Shown: piece by piece, positions 20,754 through 29,957 of the stretch | Layout: every line of letters starts with the position of its first letter | Numbering within the stretch: position 1 is the first letter of the stretch | NCBI GenBank assembly: GCA_963840455.1 | Contig: CAWIYV010000013.1 | Span: forward strand, 1-64,000 | From: Nitrospirota bacterium | GTDB taxonomy: Bacteria; Nitrospirota; UBA9217 | Direction: 5' to 3' | DNA: 64,000 bases | Made by a program: the position numbers and the translations under genes | The notes under the pieces: generated by a model | The model's input: only the letters and a program-made list of their open reading frames with translations | The model's database searches: none | Told to the model about the DNA's origin: nothing

Positions 20754-20939
20754 TTGGCAACCCGGTGGCTCCGCTGTGCTAAGCATGCGGTATACGGGTA
20801 CTCGTTCATGTCACGGTCTGTCATTCCCGGCAGCGCTACCCCTGCGGACGCGCTGCTTTATTGTCTGTTCTTGTTCGGACTGGGTACCGGCATGCATTAC
20901 GCACAGTCGTCGCAGCCGGGCTGCCCGGGGTTTGAGTAA
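20754..20939 (+). repeat. Rod-like palindromic module B, copy 2
   Basis: Direct repeat of 20341-20526; ends GGGGTTTGAGTAA. Confidence 0.85.
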
Positions 20940-20942
20940 AAC

Positions 20943-20977
20943 AAAAAAAGGCAGGTGGTCTTGTCGACCTTCCTGCC
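20943..20977 (-). terminator. Intrinsic terminator of thrC-metB
   Basis: GGCAGG..GGTC/GACC..CCTGCC stem with a T7 run on the minus strand. Confidence 0.6.
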
Positions 20978-21050
20978 CTGCGAATTCTCCCTTTTCGAAT
21001 TTGATCTTATCCGCGTCTATCTGCGTTCATCCGCGCCCAATTCCCCGGGC

Positions 21051-22259
21051 TTAGACTTTTTCCAGCGCCTGCTTCAGGTCGGCGAGGAGGTCGTCCACGT
21101 CCTCAAGGCCCAGTGCCAGCCGGACGAGGTTGTCCGACATGCCAATCTTCTTCCGGTACTCCTCGGGATAGTCGAAGAACGACATCATCCACATCTGGGT
21201 CACCAGGCTCTCGCTCCCACCGAGGCTGGGCGTGATCAAAAAGAGCTCCAGTGCGTCGATGAACTTCCTGGTCTTCGCGTCGTCTCCCTTGAGCAGAAAG
21301 GTGACCACGCTGCCGAACCCCTTCATCTGCTCCTTCGCGATCTTCCGGTCGGGATGGGAGTCCAGGCCGGGGTACCATACCTTCTCGATCTTGGGATGCG
21401 CCTCAAGCATCTTCGCGACGGCGAGCCCGGCTTCGTTGTGATGCTTCATACGGAGGCCAAAGGTCTTGAGGCCGCGCTCCAGCAGGAAGCAGGTGAGCGG
21501 CCCGGGCGTGGCTCCGATCATGCGCTGCATGCGGTAGACATCGTTCATGAGCTTGTCGGAGCCCAGGGTCACGCCGGCGAGCAGGTCGTTGTGGCCGCCC
21601 AGGTACTTGGTGGCCGAGTGGATCACCACGTCCACGCCCAGGTCCAGGGGCCGGATGTTGTAGGGCGTGGCGAGCGTAGCGTCAATGATGGTCTTGACGT
21701 TGTGCTTCTTCGCGACCTTCACCACCGCCGGCAGGTCCAGGCAACGGAGATAGGGATTGGTCGGCGACTCGGTGAAGATGATGTTCGTGTTCGGCTTGAT
21801 GGCCTTTTCGATGGCCTCGGCCGTCGGGTCCGCCATGGAGACCTGGATGCCGAACTCGGCCAGCAGGTTCGCGGCGAAGTCGCGCGTCTGGCGGTAACAG
21901 TCGCTCGTGAAGATGATGTGGCCGTCGCGGCGCATAAAGGTCATGATGGTCAGGATCACGGCTGCCATGCCGGTGGAGAACAGCACCGCGCGCTCGGCGC
22001 CCTCGACGGCGGCCAGCTTGCGCTCGCACTCGGTCTGCGTCGGGTTCCCGTAGCGGCCGTATTCGTGCTCGCGGATGACCCGGCCCTCGCTCTTGGCCTT
22101 CATGAAATCGTAGACTTCCTGGGTGTTGTTGAAATAGTAGTTCGACGTGTGCGCGATCGGCGTGGATACGGCGAAGTGGGCGTGGTGCACGCGGTCCAGG
22201 CCGTGGATGCCGAGCGTGGCGGGGTTCCAGTTCTTCGGATTGGACGGTTTCTTAGCCAT
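21051..22259 (-). CDS. metB: Cystathionine gamma-synthase (plant-type trans-sulfuration PLP enzyme)
   Basis: [28 protein letters not shown] and SLGGSESL motifs. Confidence 0.85.
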   Translation of the reverse strand: MAKKPSNPKNWNPATLGIHGLDRVHHAHFAVSTPIAHTSNYYFNNTQEVYDFMKAKSEGRVIREHEYGRYGNPTQTECERKLAAVEGAERAVLFSTGMAAVILTIMTFMRRDGHIIFTSDCYRQTRDFAANLLAEFGIQVSMADPTAEAIEKAIKPNTNIIFTESPTNPYLRCLDLPAVVKVAKKHNVKTIIDATLATPYNIRPLDLGVDVVIHSATKYLGGHNDLLAGVTLGSDKLMNDVYRMQRMIGATPGPLTCFLLERGLKTFGLRMKHHNEAGLAVAKMLEAHPKIEKVWYPGLDSHPDRKIAKEQMKGFGSVVTFLLKGDDAKTRKFIDALELFLITPSLGGSESLVTQMWMMSFFDYPEEYRKKIGMSDNLVRLALGLEDVDDLLADLKQALEKV

Positions 22260-23598
22260 TGATCGTTCTCCTCTTCTTCAGCGCCTCTTCCAGCGCCTTC
22301 TTCACCGCGCTCATGGTCGGCGGCAGCTCGATGGGCTTGTTGGCGTACGTGCTGGGGAAGCCCAGCTTCTCCTTGTGGTAGTCGACCTTGAAGTCCGTGA
22401 ACTTGAGGCCATGGGCCGTGGAGATGACCACCACGTGCTCGGACCTGTCGATCTTGCCTGCCTTGATCAGCTTGATCATCGCCGCCAGTGCCACGCCGGT
22501 ATGCGGACAGTTGAACATGCCGGTTGTGTCGCCGAGCGCGGCCGCGTCGGCCAGCTCGTGCTCCGTGGCATCCATCACGATGCCGTCGAACTGCCTCAGC
22601 GTGCGGATCGCCTTCTGGATACTCACCGGGTTGCCGATCTGGATGGCGCTGGCCAGCGTCTTTTGTGCCTCCATGGGCTCGAAGCTGTCAAAGTTCTTGA
22701 GGTACGAGCGGTAGAGCGGATTGGCGCGCTCCGCCTGGGCCACGACGATGCGCGGCAGTTTGGTGATGAGACCGAGGTCGCGCATCATCAGCAGGCCGCT
22801 GCCGAGGGCCGAGACGTTCCCCAGGTTGCCTCCGGGGATGATGATGACGTCGGGCACTTCCCAGTCGAACTGCTGGACGATCTCGATGCCCACGGTCTTC
22901 TGGCCCTCGATCCGGAGCGAGTTCATGGAATTGGCGAGGTAGATGGTCTCGTCCTTGGTGATCTCCTGCACCAGGCGCATGCAGCCGTCGAAGTCCGTGT
23001 CGAGCGACAGGACCAGGGCGCCGTTGGCGATAGGCTGGACGAGCTGGGCGATGGAGATCTTGCCCTTCGGCAGCAGCACGATGGACGGGATGCCCGCGGC
23101 GGCGCAGTAGACCGCCAGCGCGGCTGAGGTGTCGCCCGTGGAAGCGCAGGCGACCGCCTGGATCGGTATGCCTTCGCTTATCATCTGCTTGACCTGGGAT
23201 ACGAGCACCGTCATGCCGAGGTCCTTGAACGATCCACTGTGGGAGTTGCCGCACAGCTTCAGCCAGAGGTTGTCCACGCCGACCAGCTTGCCGAACCGCT
23301 CCGCCCAGAACAGGTTGGTGCCACCCTCGTAGAGCGAGACGATGTTGTCGTTGTGGATCTGCGGCAGGACCCATTCCTTCTTGCCCCAGATGCCCGAACC
23401 ATAGGGCCACTGGGTGGACTTGTAGCGGTCTTCGAACAGCTTCATCCAGGCCTTGGCGTCGCGGCGCGCGAGCTTCTGCATGTCGTGCCGCACTTCCAGC
23501 AGCGAATCGCAGTTCTTGCAGCGGTAGATGACCGTATTGAGCGGATACTTCTCGTTGCACTTCTCGTTGATGCATTGGAACCAGGCTTTGTAGGGCAT
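22252..23598 (-). CDS. thrC: Threonine synthase (plant-type)
   Basis: [27 protein letters not shown] and STAHGLKF motifs. Confidence 0.95.
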   Translation of the reverse strand: MPYKAWFQCINEKCNEKYPLNTVIYRCKNCDSLLEVRHDMQKLARRDAKAWMKLFEDRYKSTQWPYGSGIWGKKEWVLPQIHNDNIVSLYEGGTNLFWAERFGKLVGVDNLWLKLCGNSHSGSFKDLGMTVLVSQVKQMISEGIPIQAVACASTGDTSAALAVYCAAAGIPSIVLLPKGKISIAQLVQPIANGALVLSLDTDFDGCMRLVQEITKDETIYLANSMNSLRIEGQKTVGIEIVQQFDWEVPDVIIIPGGNLGNVSALGSGLLMMRDLGLITKLPRIVVAQAERANPLYRSYLKNFDSFEPMEAQKTLASAIQIGNPVSIQKAIRTLRQFDGIVMDATEHELADAAALGDTTGMFNCPHTGVALAAMIKLIKAGKIDRSEHVVVISTAHGLKFTDFKVDYHKEKLGFPSTYANKPIELPPTMSAVKKALEEALKKRRTING

Positions 23599-23654
23599 GG
23601 ACGTGAACCTCGTGTATCGTATTGGGAGACAGTTTATTGTAAGAAAAGCATTTA

Positions 23655-23785
23655 GACACGGAAAGATCGGATTTAACGCCAGATAAGGGCGGATAATGAT
23701 CGAAAAAGAGACCTTACAGAAAGATGAAGTGACCTCTCATGAAAAATCCGCTTTTATCCGGTTCTTATCAGATTTGATCCGTGTC
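23655..23785. repeat. REP-like inverted pair (ACACGGA/TCCGTGT type)
   Basis: gacacggaaagatcggattt...ggataa / atccgcttttatcc...gatccgtgtc. Confidence 0.6.
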
Positions 23786-24070
23786 AAAGACCCTTTTCAG
23801 GGTTTATCTGTCTACCGGTTGCACAGGACGGCATGCTTCATCAGGTAAAAAGAAGAATAACATACTGGACAGCCATGAATCAATGATAAAGTGCTTTATA
23901 TCCGGTCACGCCGGCAGCCGCCGGTACAGGTCGGTGCGCGACGGACGCCCCGTGCTCTCTTGCTCTCCCGAAGGGCGGGCAAATTCGCCTTGACTCCAAA
24001 ACACCCTTGCAGGATAATCAACGCCAACCGAGTCTACATTTATCGTGCGAATACGATACGAGTCCTTAGA

Positions 24071-24144
24071 ACCGCGAAGGCGCGAAGAGCACCAGGGGTT
24101 CTTTGGTTCAAAGCAGTCCTTCGCGTCCTTGGCGTCTTCGCGGT
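24071..24144. repeat. REP-like inverted pair (CGCGAAG/CTTCGCG type)
   Basis: accgcgaaggcgcgaag ... cttcgcgtccttggcgtcttcgcggt. Confidence 0.7.
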
Positions 24145-24186
24145 GAACGGGTTTTGATCCTAATCAAGAGGGGACGGCTTGCTAGA

Positions 24187-26172
24187 ATGAAGAAGATACA
24201 AAAGAAGGTCGGCGCCGATGCCTGGCAGAACGAGGTCAAGCGCGTTGCTGCAGGAATCCGGCGTCGGGTGCTGGATCACACGATCAGGAACAACGGAGGC
24301 TACCTCTCCCAGGCCTGCTCGTCTGCCGAGATCTTCGCGACGCTTTACACGAAGGTGATGGACCTCGGCAAGATCAAGACCCCGCTCGTGCCGAAGCCCT
24401 TCCCCGGTGTGCCTGGCCCCAATAATCCCGATTACTTCACCGGTGCTGCCTTCAACGGCCCCGGCCCGGACAAGGACCGGTTCTTCCTTTCACCTGCACA
24501 GTACGCGCTGGTGCTGTACGCTACGCTCATCGAGACGGGCCGCATGGCAGAGGAGGGGCTGACGCAGTTCAACAGAGACGGCAGCGTGGTGGAGATGATC
24601 GGCGCTGAGCATTCTCCCGGCATGGAGACCATGACCGGCTCGCTGGGCCAGGGCATCAGCCAGGCAGCCGGCATCGCAATGGCGCGAAAGCGGAAAGAAG
24701 AGAAGGGCAGGGTGTTCATCTTCATGTCCGACGGCGAGTTCCAGATCGGCCAGACCTGGGAGGCGCTCCAGGCCCTGTCCTTTCACATGCTCGACAACGT
24801 CATTATCTATGTTGATGTGAACGGCTTCCAGTGCGACGGCAAAATGTGCAATGTCATGGACGTGGAACCGCTGGACAGGCGGCTCGACGCCTTCGGCTGC
24901 AGGGTATTCCGTGTGAACGGCCACGACATCGGGAAGCTTGCCGACGCCGGCTCGGTCAGGCCCGACGGCAGGCCCGTGGTCGTTCTGTGCGACACCGATG
25001 CCTGCAGGGGGCTCGACGTGCTCAAGTCCCGGGCGCCGAAGATGCACTATGTGCGGTTCACCTCCCCTGAGGAGAAGGCAAAGTATGCCGCTGCCCTGGA
25101 GCAGCTTTGCGGTGCCAAGGCACCCCTCACCCCGCCCTCTCCCCCAAGGGGAGAGGGAAAAAGAGAAGGCCCGGAGATCGTCTCGCGCGTGCATGCGAAG
25201 AATCTCGTGAAATGGGCGGCTGACAAGCCGAAGGTGCTGGTGCTGTCAGCGGACCTCACCAGCTCCACGGAGATCGATCTTTTCCGCGACACCTATCCGG
25301 ACCGGTTCCTGTCAATGGGCATTGCCGAGCAGAACATGCTTAGCTGGGCGAGCGGGCTCGCGCGCGAAGGCTTCCTGCCTTTTGTTCATACTTTTGCGGT
25401 CTTTATATATAGAAGGGCATTCGACCAGATCGCCATGTCCGTGTCCTATCCGAACCTGCCGGTGCGCATGATCGGGTTCCTGCCGGGCATCACCACGCCG
25501 GGCGGTGCGACGCACCAGGCCATCGAGGATGTGGCGATCATGCGAAGCCTGCCGAATATGACCGTGCTCGAATGCGGCGACGCGACGGACGTGGAGTCCG
25601 TGCTGGGCGTGATGGAGAATATTCATGGGCCGGTGTATGTTCGCATGCTGCGGGGAGAGATCCCGCGGCTGTTCAAGGACCCCATGGTGTTCGGCAGGGC
25701 AAGGGTCCTCTCGAAAGGCGATGACCTAACCGTGCTCAGCTCCGGCATCATGACCGAGGAGGCCATGCGGGCAGTGCAGGCGCTTCAGAAGCGGGGCCTG
25801 TCCATCCAGCACATGCACATCTCGACCTTGAAGCCTTTCAACGACCAGACCGTGATGAAGGCCATTGCCGGGTCGACATACGGCGTCATCACCATGGAGA
25901 ACCACACCATCGTCGGAGGGCTGGGAAGCATCATTGCCGAGCAGATGGCAGAGACGGGCATGGACAAGAAGCTCGTTCGCATCGGGCTCAGGGATGTCTA
26001 TGCCCACGGCGCGAGCAAGAACTACCTCATGAAAAAATATCACATGGACGCCATGGCGCTGATCGCCGAGGCCGAGGCGCTTGTCGGGAAGAAGTTCAAT
26101 ATCTCTGAGGATGAGCTGAAGGAAGTTTTCATCGCAGCAGTGCACAGCACGGCCAAGGCTGAAGCGCTATAA
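24187..26172 (+). CDS. Transketolase-like TPP enzyme; fusion of N- and C-terminal subunits
   Basis: TGSLGQG, SDGE..GQTWE and N.FQ.DG in the N part; GIAEQNM, GGATHQ and MENHTIVGGLG in the C part; ATG 24187. Confidence 0.85.
   Translation: MKKIQKKVGADAWQNEVKRVAAGIRRRVLDHTIRNNGGYLSQACSSAEIFATLYTKVMDLGKIKTPLVPKPFPGVPGPNNPDYFTGAAFNGPGPDKDRFFLSPAQYALVLYATLIETGRMAEEGLTQFNRDGSVVEMIGAEHSPGMETMTGSLGQGISQAAGIAMARKRKEEKGRVFIFMSDGEFQIGQTWEALQALSFHMLDNVIIYVDVNGFQCDGKMCNVMDVEPLDRRLDAFGCRVFRVNGHDIGKLADAGSVRPDGRPVVVLCDTDACRGLDVLKSRAPKMHYVRFTSPEEKAKYAAALEQLCGAKAPLTPPSPPRGEGKREGPEIVSRVHAKNLVKWAADKPKVLVLSADLTSSTEIDLFRDTYPDRFLSMGIAEQNMLSWASGLAREGFLPFVHTFAVFIYRRAFDQIAMSVSYPNLPVRMIGFLPGITTPGGATHQAIEDVAIMRSLPNMTVLECGDATDVESVLGVMENIHGPVYVRMLRGEIPRLFKDPMVFGRARVLSKGDDLTVLSSGIMTEEAMRAVQALQKRGLSIQHMHISTLKPFNDQTVMKAIAGSTYGVITMENHTIVGGLGSIIAEQMAETGMDKKLVRIGLRDVYAHGASKNYLMKKYHMDAMALIAEAEALVGKKFNISEDELKEVFIAAVHSTAKAEAL
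25123..25157 (+). repeat. REP-like palindrome inside the transketolase linker
   Basis: CCCCTCACCCCG + CCCTCTCCCC-CAA-GGGGAGAGGG perfect 10-bp hairpin, read in frame as PLTPPSPPRGEG. Confidence 0.8.
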
Positions 26173-26205
26173 AACAATTGCGGATTTCGGATTGAGGATT
26201 GCGGA

Positions 26206-26667
26206 ATGAAGAGAGAGAAGAACAAAAAGACAGTGGAGAGGGGAAGATCTGCTCTGATCCAGGAGGCCAAAGCGCTCCTGTGCAAGCCTGAACTTGCCGA
26301 TGAACTGGCAGAAGCGCTTGTGGGAAAGAATGGGGAGCTGGGCTTCCTGCTGAAAGTGCTCAAGGATAGACCGCGCACGTTCAACCCCTACCTTCTCAAA
26401 GGCATGACCGTCTACAAGGAACCCAAGGCGCTGGACCGGAAGACCGCTGAGCTGGTGGCGGTGAGCGCTGCTGCTGCGCTCCACTGCGAGCACTGCCTTG
26501 AGGCGCACATGGCGCGGGCCATTGCCGAGGGTGCGACGCTTGACGAGATCATGGACACGATCCTGGTGGCGGGTGCGATCTCGGAATCATCAATGCTCTC
26601 CGTCGCGTTCCGCAAGTACAAGCAGCTGGAAGGGAAGATGAAGAAAGGCGGGGCGGGCAAGGAGTAG
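26206..26667 (+). CDS. Carboxymuconolactone decarboxylase/AhpD family protein
   Basis: LDRKTAELVAV...CEHCLEAH...A...GAT..EI motif. Confidence 0.85.
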   Translation: MKREKNKKTVERGRSALIQEAKALLCKPELADELAEALVGKNGELGFLLKVLKDRPRTFNPYLLKGMTVYKEPKALDRKTAELVAVSAAAALHCEHCLEAHMARAIAEGATLDEIMDTILVAGAISESSMLSVAFRKYKQLEGKMKKGGAGKE

Positions 26668-26846
26668 TACCAATTCATGGGAGATTGTGTGTGAACTGCC
26701 TTTTAACCGACATTAAGAACTTCCTGTAGATGTGGCTCGGAGCTGATTCGCTCGGATTGCAGTATTCACCCAGTATTCTTCATGGCTAAAAAGCATGAAG
26801 CATTAATGTTATTCGTTCTAATAATCACTTGCTAGGAAGGAAGCAT

Positions 26847-27239
26847 ATGCGCCACCTTCAAGTATTAATCTTGGTTGGGCTGTTTGCCATGCTCACTTCA
26901 GCCGCTCTGGCTGGTGACCGCATCTCAGGTATTTATTCGAGCCTGCGGTACATCGAAGAAGGGGGCGATCTCATCGGGATGGAAGTAATCGTTGTTCCAT
27001 CACATAGGACTGCGGGATTGTCTTATTCTGCTTTTGTACAAATTTCCGAAGGCGGTGCGCCTGACGTAGTCTTGGTTGACTTCATGGAAAAGAATGGCAA
27101 GGTGGAGTTTGTCTTTCCGCCTGGTAGCCCATATGCAGGACAAAAGCTCACGGGTACGCTTGTCAAAGGTGAAATGGTGCTTAAGTGGCCAAATGGGGCT
27201 GAGGAGCATTTGAAGCGTGGAAAGAGCTATTGGCAGTAA
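26847..27239 (+). CDS. Hypothetical exported protein (low GC, probable gene cassette)
   Basis: Signal peptide ending ALA; lower GC than the flanking genes. Confidence 0.65.
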   Translation: MRHLQVLILVGLFAMLTSAALAGDRISGIYSSLRYIEEGGDLIGMEVIVVPSHRTAGLSYSAFVQISEGGAPDVVLVDFMEKNGKVEFVFPPGSPYAGQKLTGTLVKGEMVLKWPNGAEEHLKRGKSYWQ

Positions 27240-27502
27240 TTTCGCCCTAGCTATTTCTTTGGGCGATAAATCGGATGCATAGCTTCTTTGTCATGCAGTC
27301 GTAGCAGTAATGTAGCTGCTGCGCAGGCCGCCAGGATCGTCGAAATAGTCTAGAATCCTGCTTGAAACATTCAGTCAAATATACTTCCTGTAGATGTGAT
27401 GCAGGTAGGATTAATCCAGATTGCAATCTACATTCCGTATTTTACATAATCTGTCGCTCATCCGCGGATTTCGGCAGATAGACGAACCCGCATAATCATT
27501 GG

Positions 27503-27898
27503 TTATCCGGGCATTGAAATGACACTATACGAAATCCTTAAATCGATAGAATCACATTCAGAAGAAGCCACAATATTTGCCGAGCGCATTGATGGCAAAT
27601 TTCTTCCCGAATCTCGAGCAGTACTTATTGAAATGACAGACGAAGAACTTTCAATGCCGGTTCGAGAAGTTGCTGCGAGAAAAGCACCGGGGACTGAATA
27701 TTTTTTAGAAATATTAGTGGCCAAAGATGTTTTAGAGGGATGGCAGGAGTATCGTCACGGGGCGGAAATAACCCCTGAAGAACAGACAGAGGTCACGATT
27801 TATTATGCCGAAAATGATGCGTGGCCGATGAAAACCGACGGATAACGACACCGTCGAGAGAGTCGCTAAGAACCGCGCCCCTCACGGCGGTGTTCATG
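27503..27898 (+). mobile_element. Integron gene cassette with 59-bp attC (27840-27898)
   Basis: G|TTATCC at 27502; R'' GGATAAC (its exact complement), 5-bp spacer, L'' CGT-C-GAG, L' CTCACG, spacer, then GTT at 27892. Confidence 0.8.
27519..27845 (+). CDS. Hypothetical acidic protein carried on an integron cassette
   Basis: 108 aa, low GC; the stop codon lies within the R'' site of the attC. Confidence 0.7.
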   Translation: MTLYEILKSIESHSEEATIFAERIDGKFLPESRAVLIEMTDEELSMPVREVAARKAPGTEYFLEILVAKDVLEGWQEYRHGAEITPEEQTEVTIYYAENDAWPMKTDG

Positions 27899-27988
27899 TA
27901 TAAGTTTCAATCAGTAGATCACACCATTGTTGACAATTCGTCCTGTGCAATCAAGTAGGTGAAGTTGTTATATCCCTTGTCGTTTCAT

Positions 27989-28022
27989 AAAAAAGGCAGG
28001 ACGGAAAATCCGTCCTGCCTTT
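27989..28022 (-). terminator. Intrinsic terminator of hcp (possibly bidirectional)
   Basis: GGCAGGACGGA-AAA-TCCGTCCTGCC with an A6 flank. Confidence 0.85.
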
Positions 28023-28043
28023 GTCGTTCTGCGGTCAACCTAA

Positions 28044-29732
28044 TTACGCCGATACAGCATCCGCCTCAGTGCACTCCGCCTTGGTCTTGTTCCAGCAGGA
28101 GCCGAGGATCGTTTCGAGGTCCTCTTCGGCCGTTGCCGCGATGGGCTTGATGTCGAAGTTCTTGACCAGCACGTCGAGCACGTTCGGCGTGATGAATGCC
28201 GGAAGCGTCGGCCCGAGCCGGATGTCCTTGATGCCCAGGGACAGCAGGGAGAGCAGGATGGCCACGGCCTTCTGCTCGTACCACGACAGGACCAGCGACA
28301 GCGGCAGTTCGTTCACCGGAAGGTTGAAGGCCTTGGAAAGCGCCAGGGCGATCTGGATCGCCGAATAGGCGTCGTTGCACTGGCCTATGTCCAGCAGCCG
28401 CGGGATGCCGCCGATGTCTCCCAGGTTCTTGTCGAAGAACCGGAACTTGCCGCACGCCAGGGTCATCACGATGGTGTCCTTGGGCGCTTTTTCCACGAAC
28501 TCCGTATAGTAGTTCCTGCCCGGCTTTGCGCCGTCGCACCCGCCCACGAGGAAGAAGTGGCGGATGTCGCCGTTCTTCACCGCGTCGATCACCTTGTCTG
28601 CCACGCCGAGCACCGCGTTCCGCGCGAAGCCCGCGAACACTTCCTTGCCCGGCGCATCTTCGACAAATCCCGGAAGCGCCAAAGCCTTCTCGATCACGGC
28701 GCTGAAATTACCGTCGCCGATGTGCTTCACATCAGGCCAGCCCACGAGGCCGCAGGTGAAGAGGTTGTCCTTGTACGACGCCAGCGGCTTCTGGATGCAG
28801 TTCGTGGTCATCACGATGGCGCCGGGGAAGTGCGCGAACTCTTTGTGCTGGTTCTGCCAGGCCGTGCCGTAATGGCCGTAGAAGTGCGGATATTTCTTGA
28901 GGCTCGGGTAGCCGTGGGCCGGAAGCATCTCGCCGTGCGTATACACGTTGATGCCCTTGCCTTCGCTCTGCTTCAGGATCATATCAAGGTCCTTCAGGTC
29001 ATGGCCCGAGACTAGGATGGCCTTGCCCTTCTTCGCGCCGAGCGGAACTTTGGTCGGGACCGGATGGCCGTAGGTGCCGGTATTGCCGCTATCGAGGATC
29101 TCCATTGCCTTGAGGTTGACCTCGCCGCACTTGAGCACCATTGCGACCCACTCGTTCAGGCCCATATCAGTGCCGGTCATGGCGGCCAGCGCCTCGGCCA
29201 TGAAGGCGTAGATCGAATCGTCGGTCCTGCCGAGGATCCGGGCATGGTCCGCGTAGGCGGCCACGCCCTTGAGCCCGAAGAGCAGGATGTCCTGGAGCGA
29301 CTGGATGTCGGGGTTGATCATCGCGTCAGGCACGCGCTCGCGCACCTCGCGGCCCTGCTTTGCCAGACCCTCGACGTCAGCCGCCGGCATGTAGGAAGCG
29401 CTGCCGTGGGCAAAGTCCGTCCTTCCACCCGCTGCGGTGACCTTTGCCTTCAGCCCCTCGCGGAGCTCAACGCTCCTCTTGATGAGCTTTTCGAACCGCT
29501 TGGGGTCGAAATCCACGTTCGTGAGCGTAGAGAAGAGCCCCTTGGCCAGGAAGCGGTTCACATCCTCGTCCACGACGCCGTGGCCCCTGCCCTCGACCGC
29601 GACGAGCGAAAGCCCTTTCAGGGAATAGATCAAAAGGTCCTGAAGCGACGAGACCTCCGGGTCCTTGCCGCATACGCCGATCTTGGTGCATCCCTTGCCG
29701 TTTGCCGCCTGTTCACACTGATAACAAAACAT
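28044..29732 (-). CDS. hcp: Hybrid cluster protein (hydroxylamine/NO reductase)
   Basis: MFCYQCEQ...C...GVCGK, SGHDL, THGEMLPAH, GGCDG, GQCND and WYEQKA motifs. Confidence 0.97.
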   Translation of the reverse strand: MFCYQCEQAANGKGCTKIGVCGKDPEVSSLQDLLIYSLKGLSLVAVEGRGHGVVDEDVNRFLAKGLFSTLTNVDFDPKRFEKLIKRSVELREGLKAKVTAAGGRTDFAHGSASYMPAADVEGLAKQGREVRERVPDAMINPDIQSLQDILLFGLKGVAAYADHARILGRTDDSIYAFMAEALAAMTGTDMGLNEWVAMVLKCGEVNLKAMEILDSGNTGTYGHPVPTKVPLGAKKGKAILVSGHDLKDLDMILKQSEGKGINVYTHGEMLPAHGYPSLKKYPHFYGHYGTAWQNQHKEFAHFPGAIVMTTNCIQKPLASYKDNLFTCGLVGWPDVKHIGDGNFSAVIEKALALPGFVEDAPGKEVFAGFARNAVLGVADKVIDAVKNGDIRHFFLVGGCDGAKPGRNYYTEFVEKAPKDTIVMTLACGKFRFFDKNLGDIGGIPRLLDIGQCNDAYSAIQIALALSKAFNLPVNELPLSLVLSWYEQKAVAILLSLLSLGIKDIRLGPTLPAFITPNVLDVLVKNFDIKPIAATAEEDLETILGSCWNKTKAECTEADAVSA

Positions 29733-29804
29733 GATTGCCTCCTTGAGAAGTTGTTGTTGCTCTCGATGGTGAGGGCCATATTACAGGAGGAGGCGCGGAT
29801 CGCA

Positions 29805-29820
29805 TATGACGTAGGTCATA
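29805..29820 (-). promoter_or_regulatory. CRP/FNR-family (HcpR-like) binding site upstream of hcp
   Basis: Perfect TATGAC-N4-GTCATA, centred at about -41.5 relative to a TAATAT -10 (29778-83, minus strand). Confidence 0.75.
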
Positions 29821-29957
29821 AGAGTTGCATATATTTGAAACAAGCGGGGTTAGGTATGAAATTCTCGAAAGGGCAGGATAAGTCAGATGTTTCCGCTGCA
29901 GAGGGTCACTGAAAATCGTTTGACACTCTTCGGCGTGTATGTTATCCATTACTCGTC

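Noticed and set aside
20363-21054. Short ORFs in the repeat regions (also 34223-34614, 43656-44280, 46521-47043)
   Set aside because: They are translations of palindromic repeat modules, with no RBS or protein motifs
23600-23900. SAM riboswitch or T-box upstream of thrC-metB
   Set aside because: No SAM-I core or T-box motif visible; the structure is explained by a REP-like inverted pair
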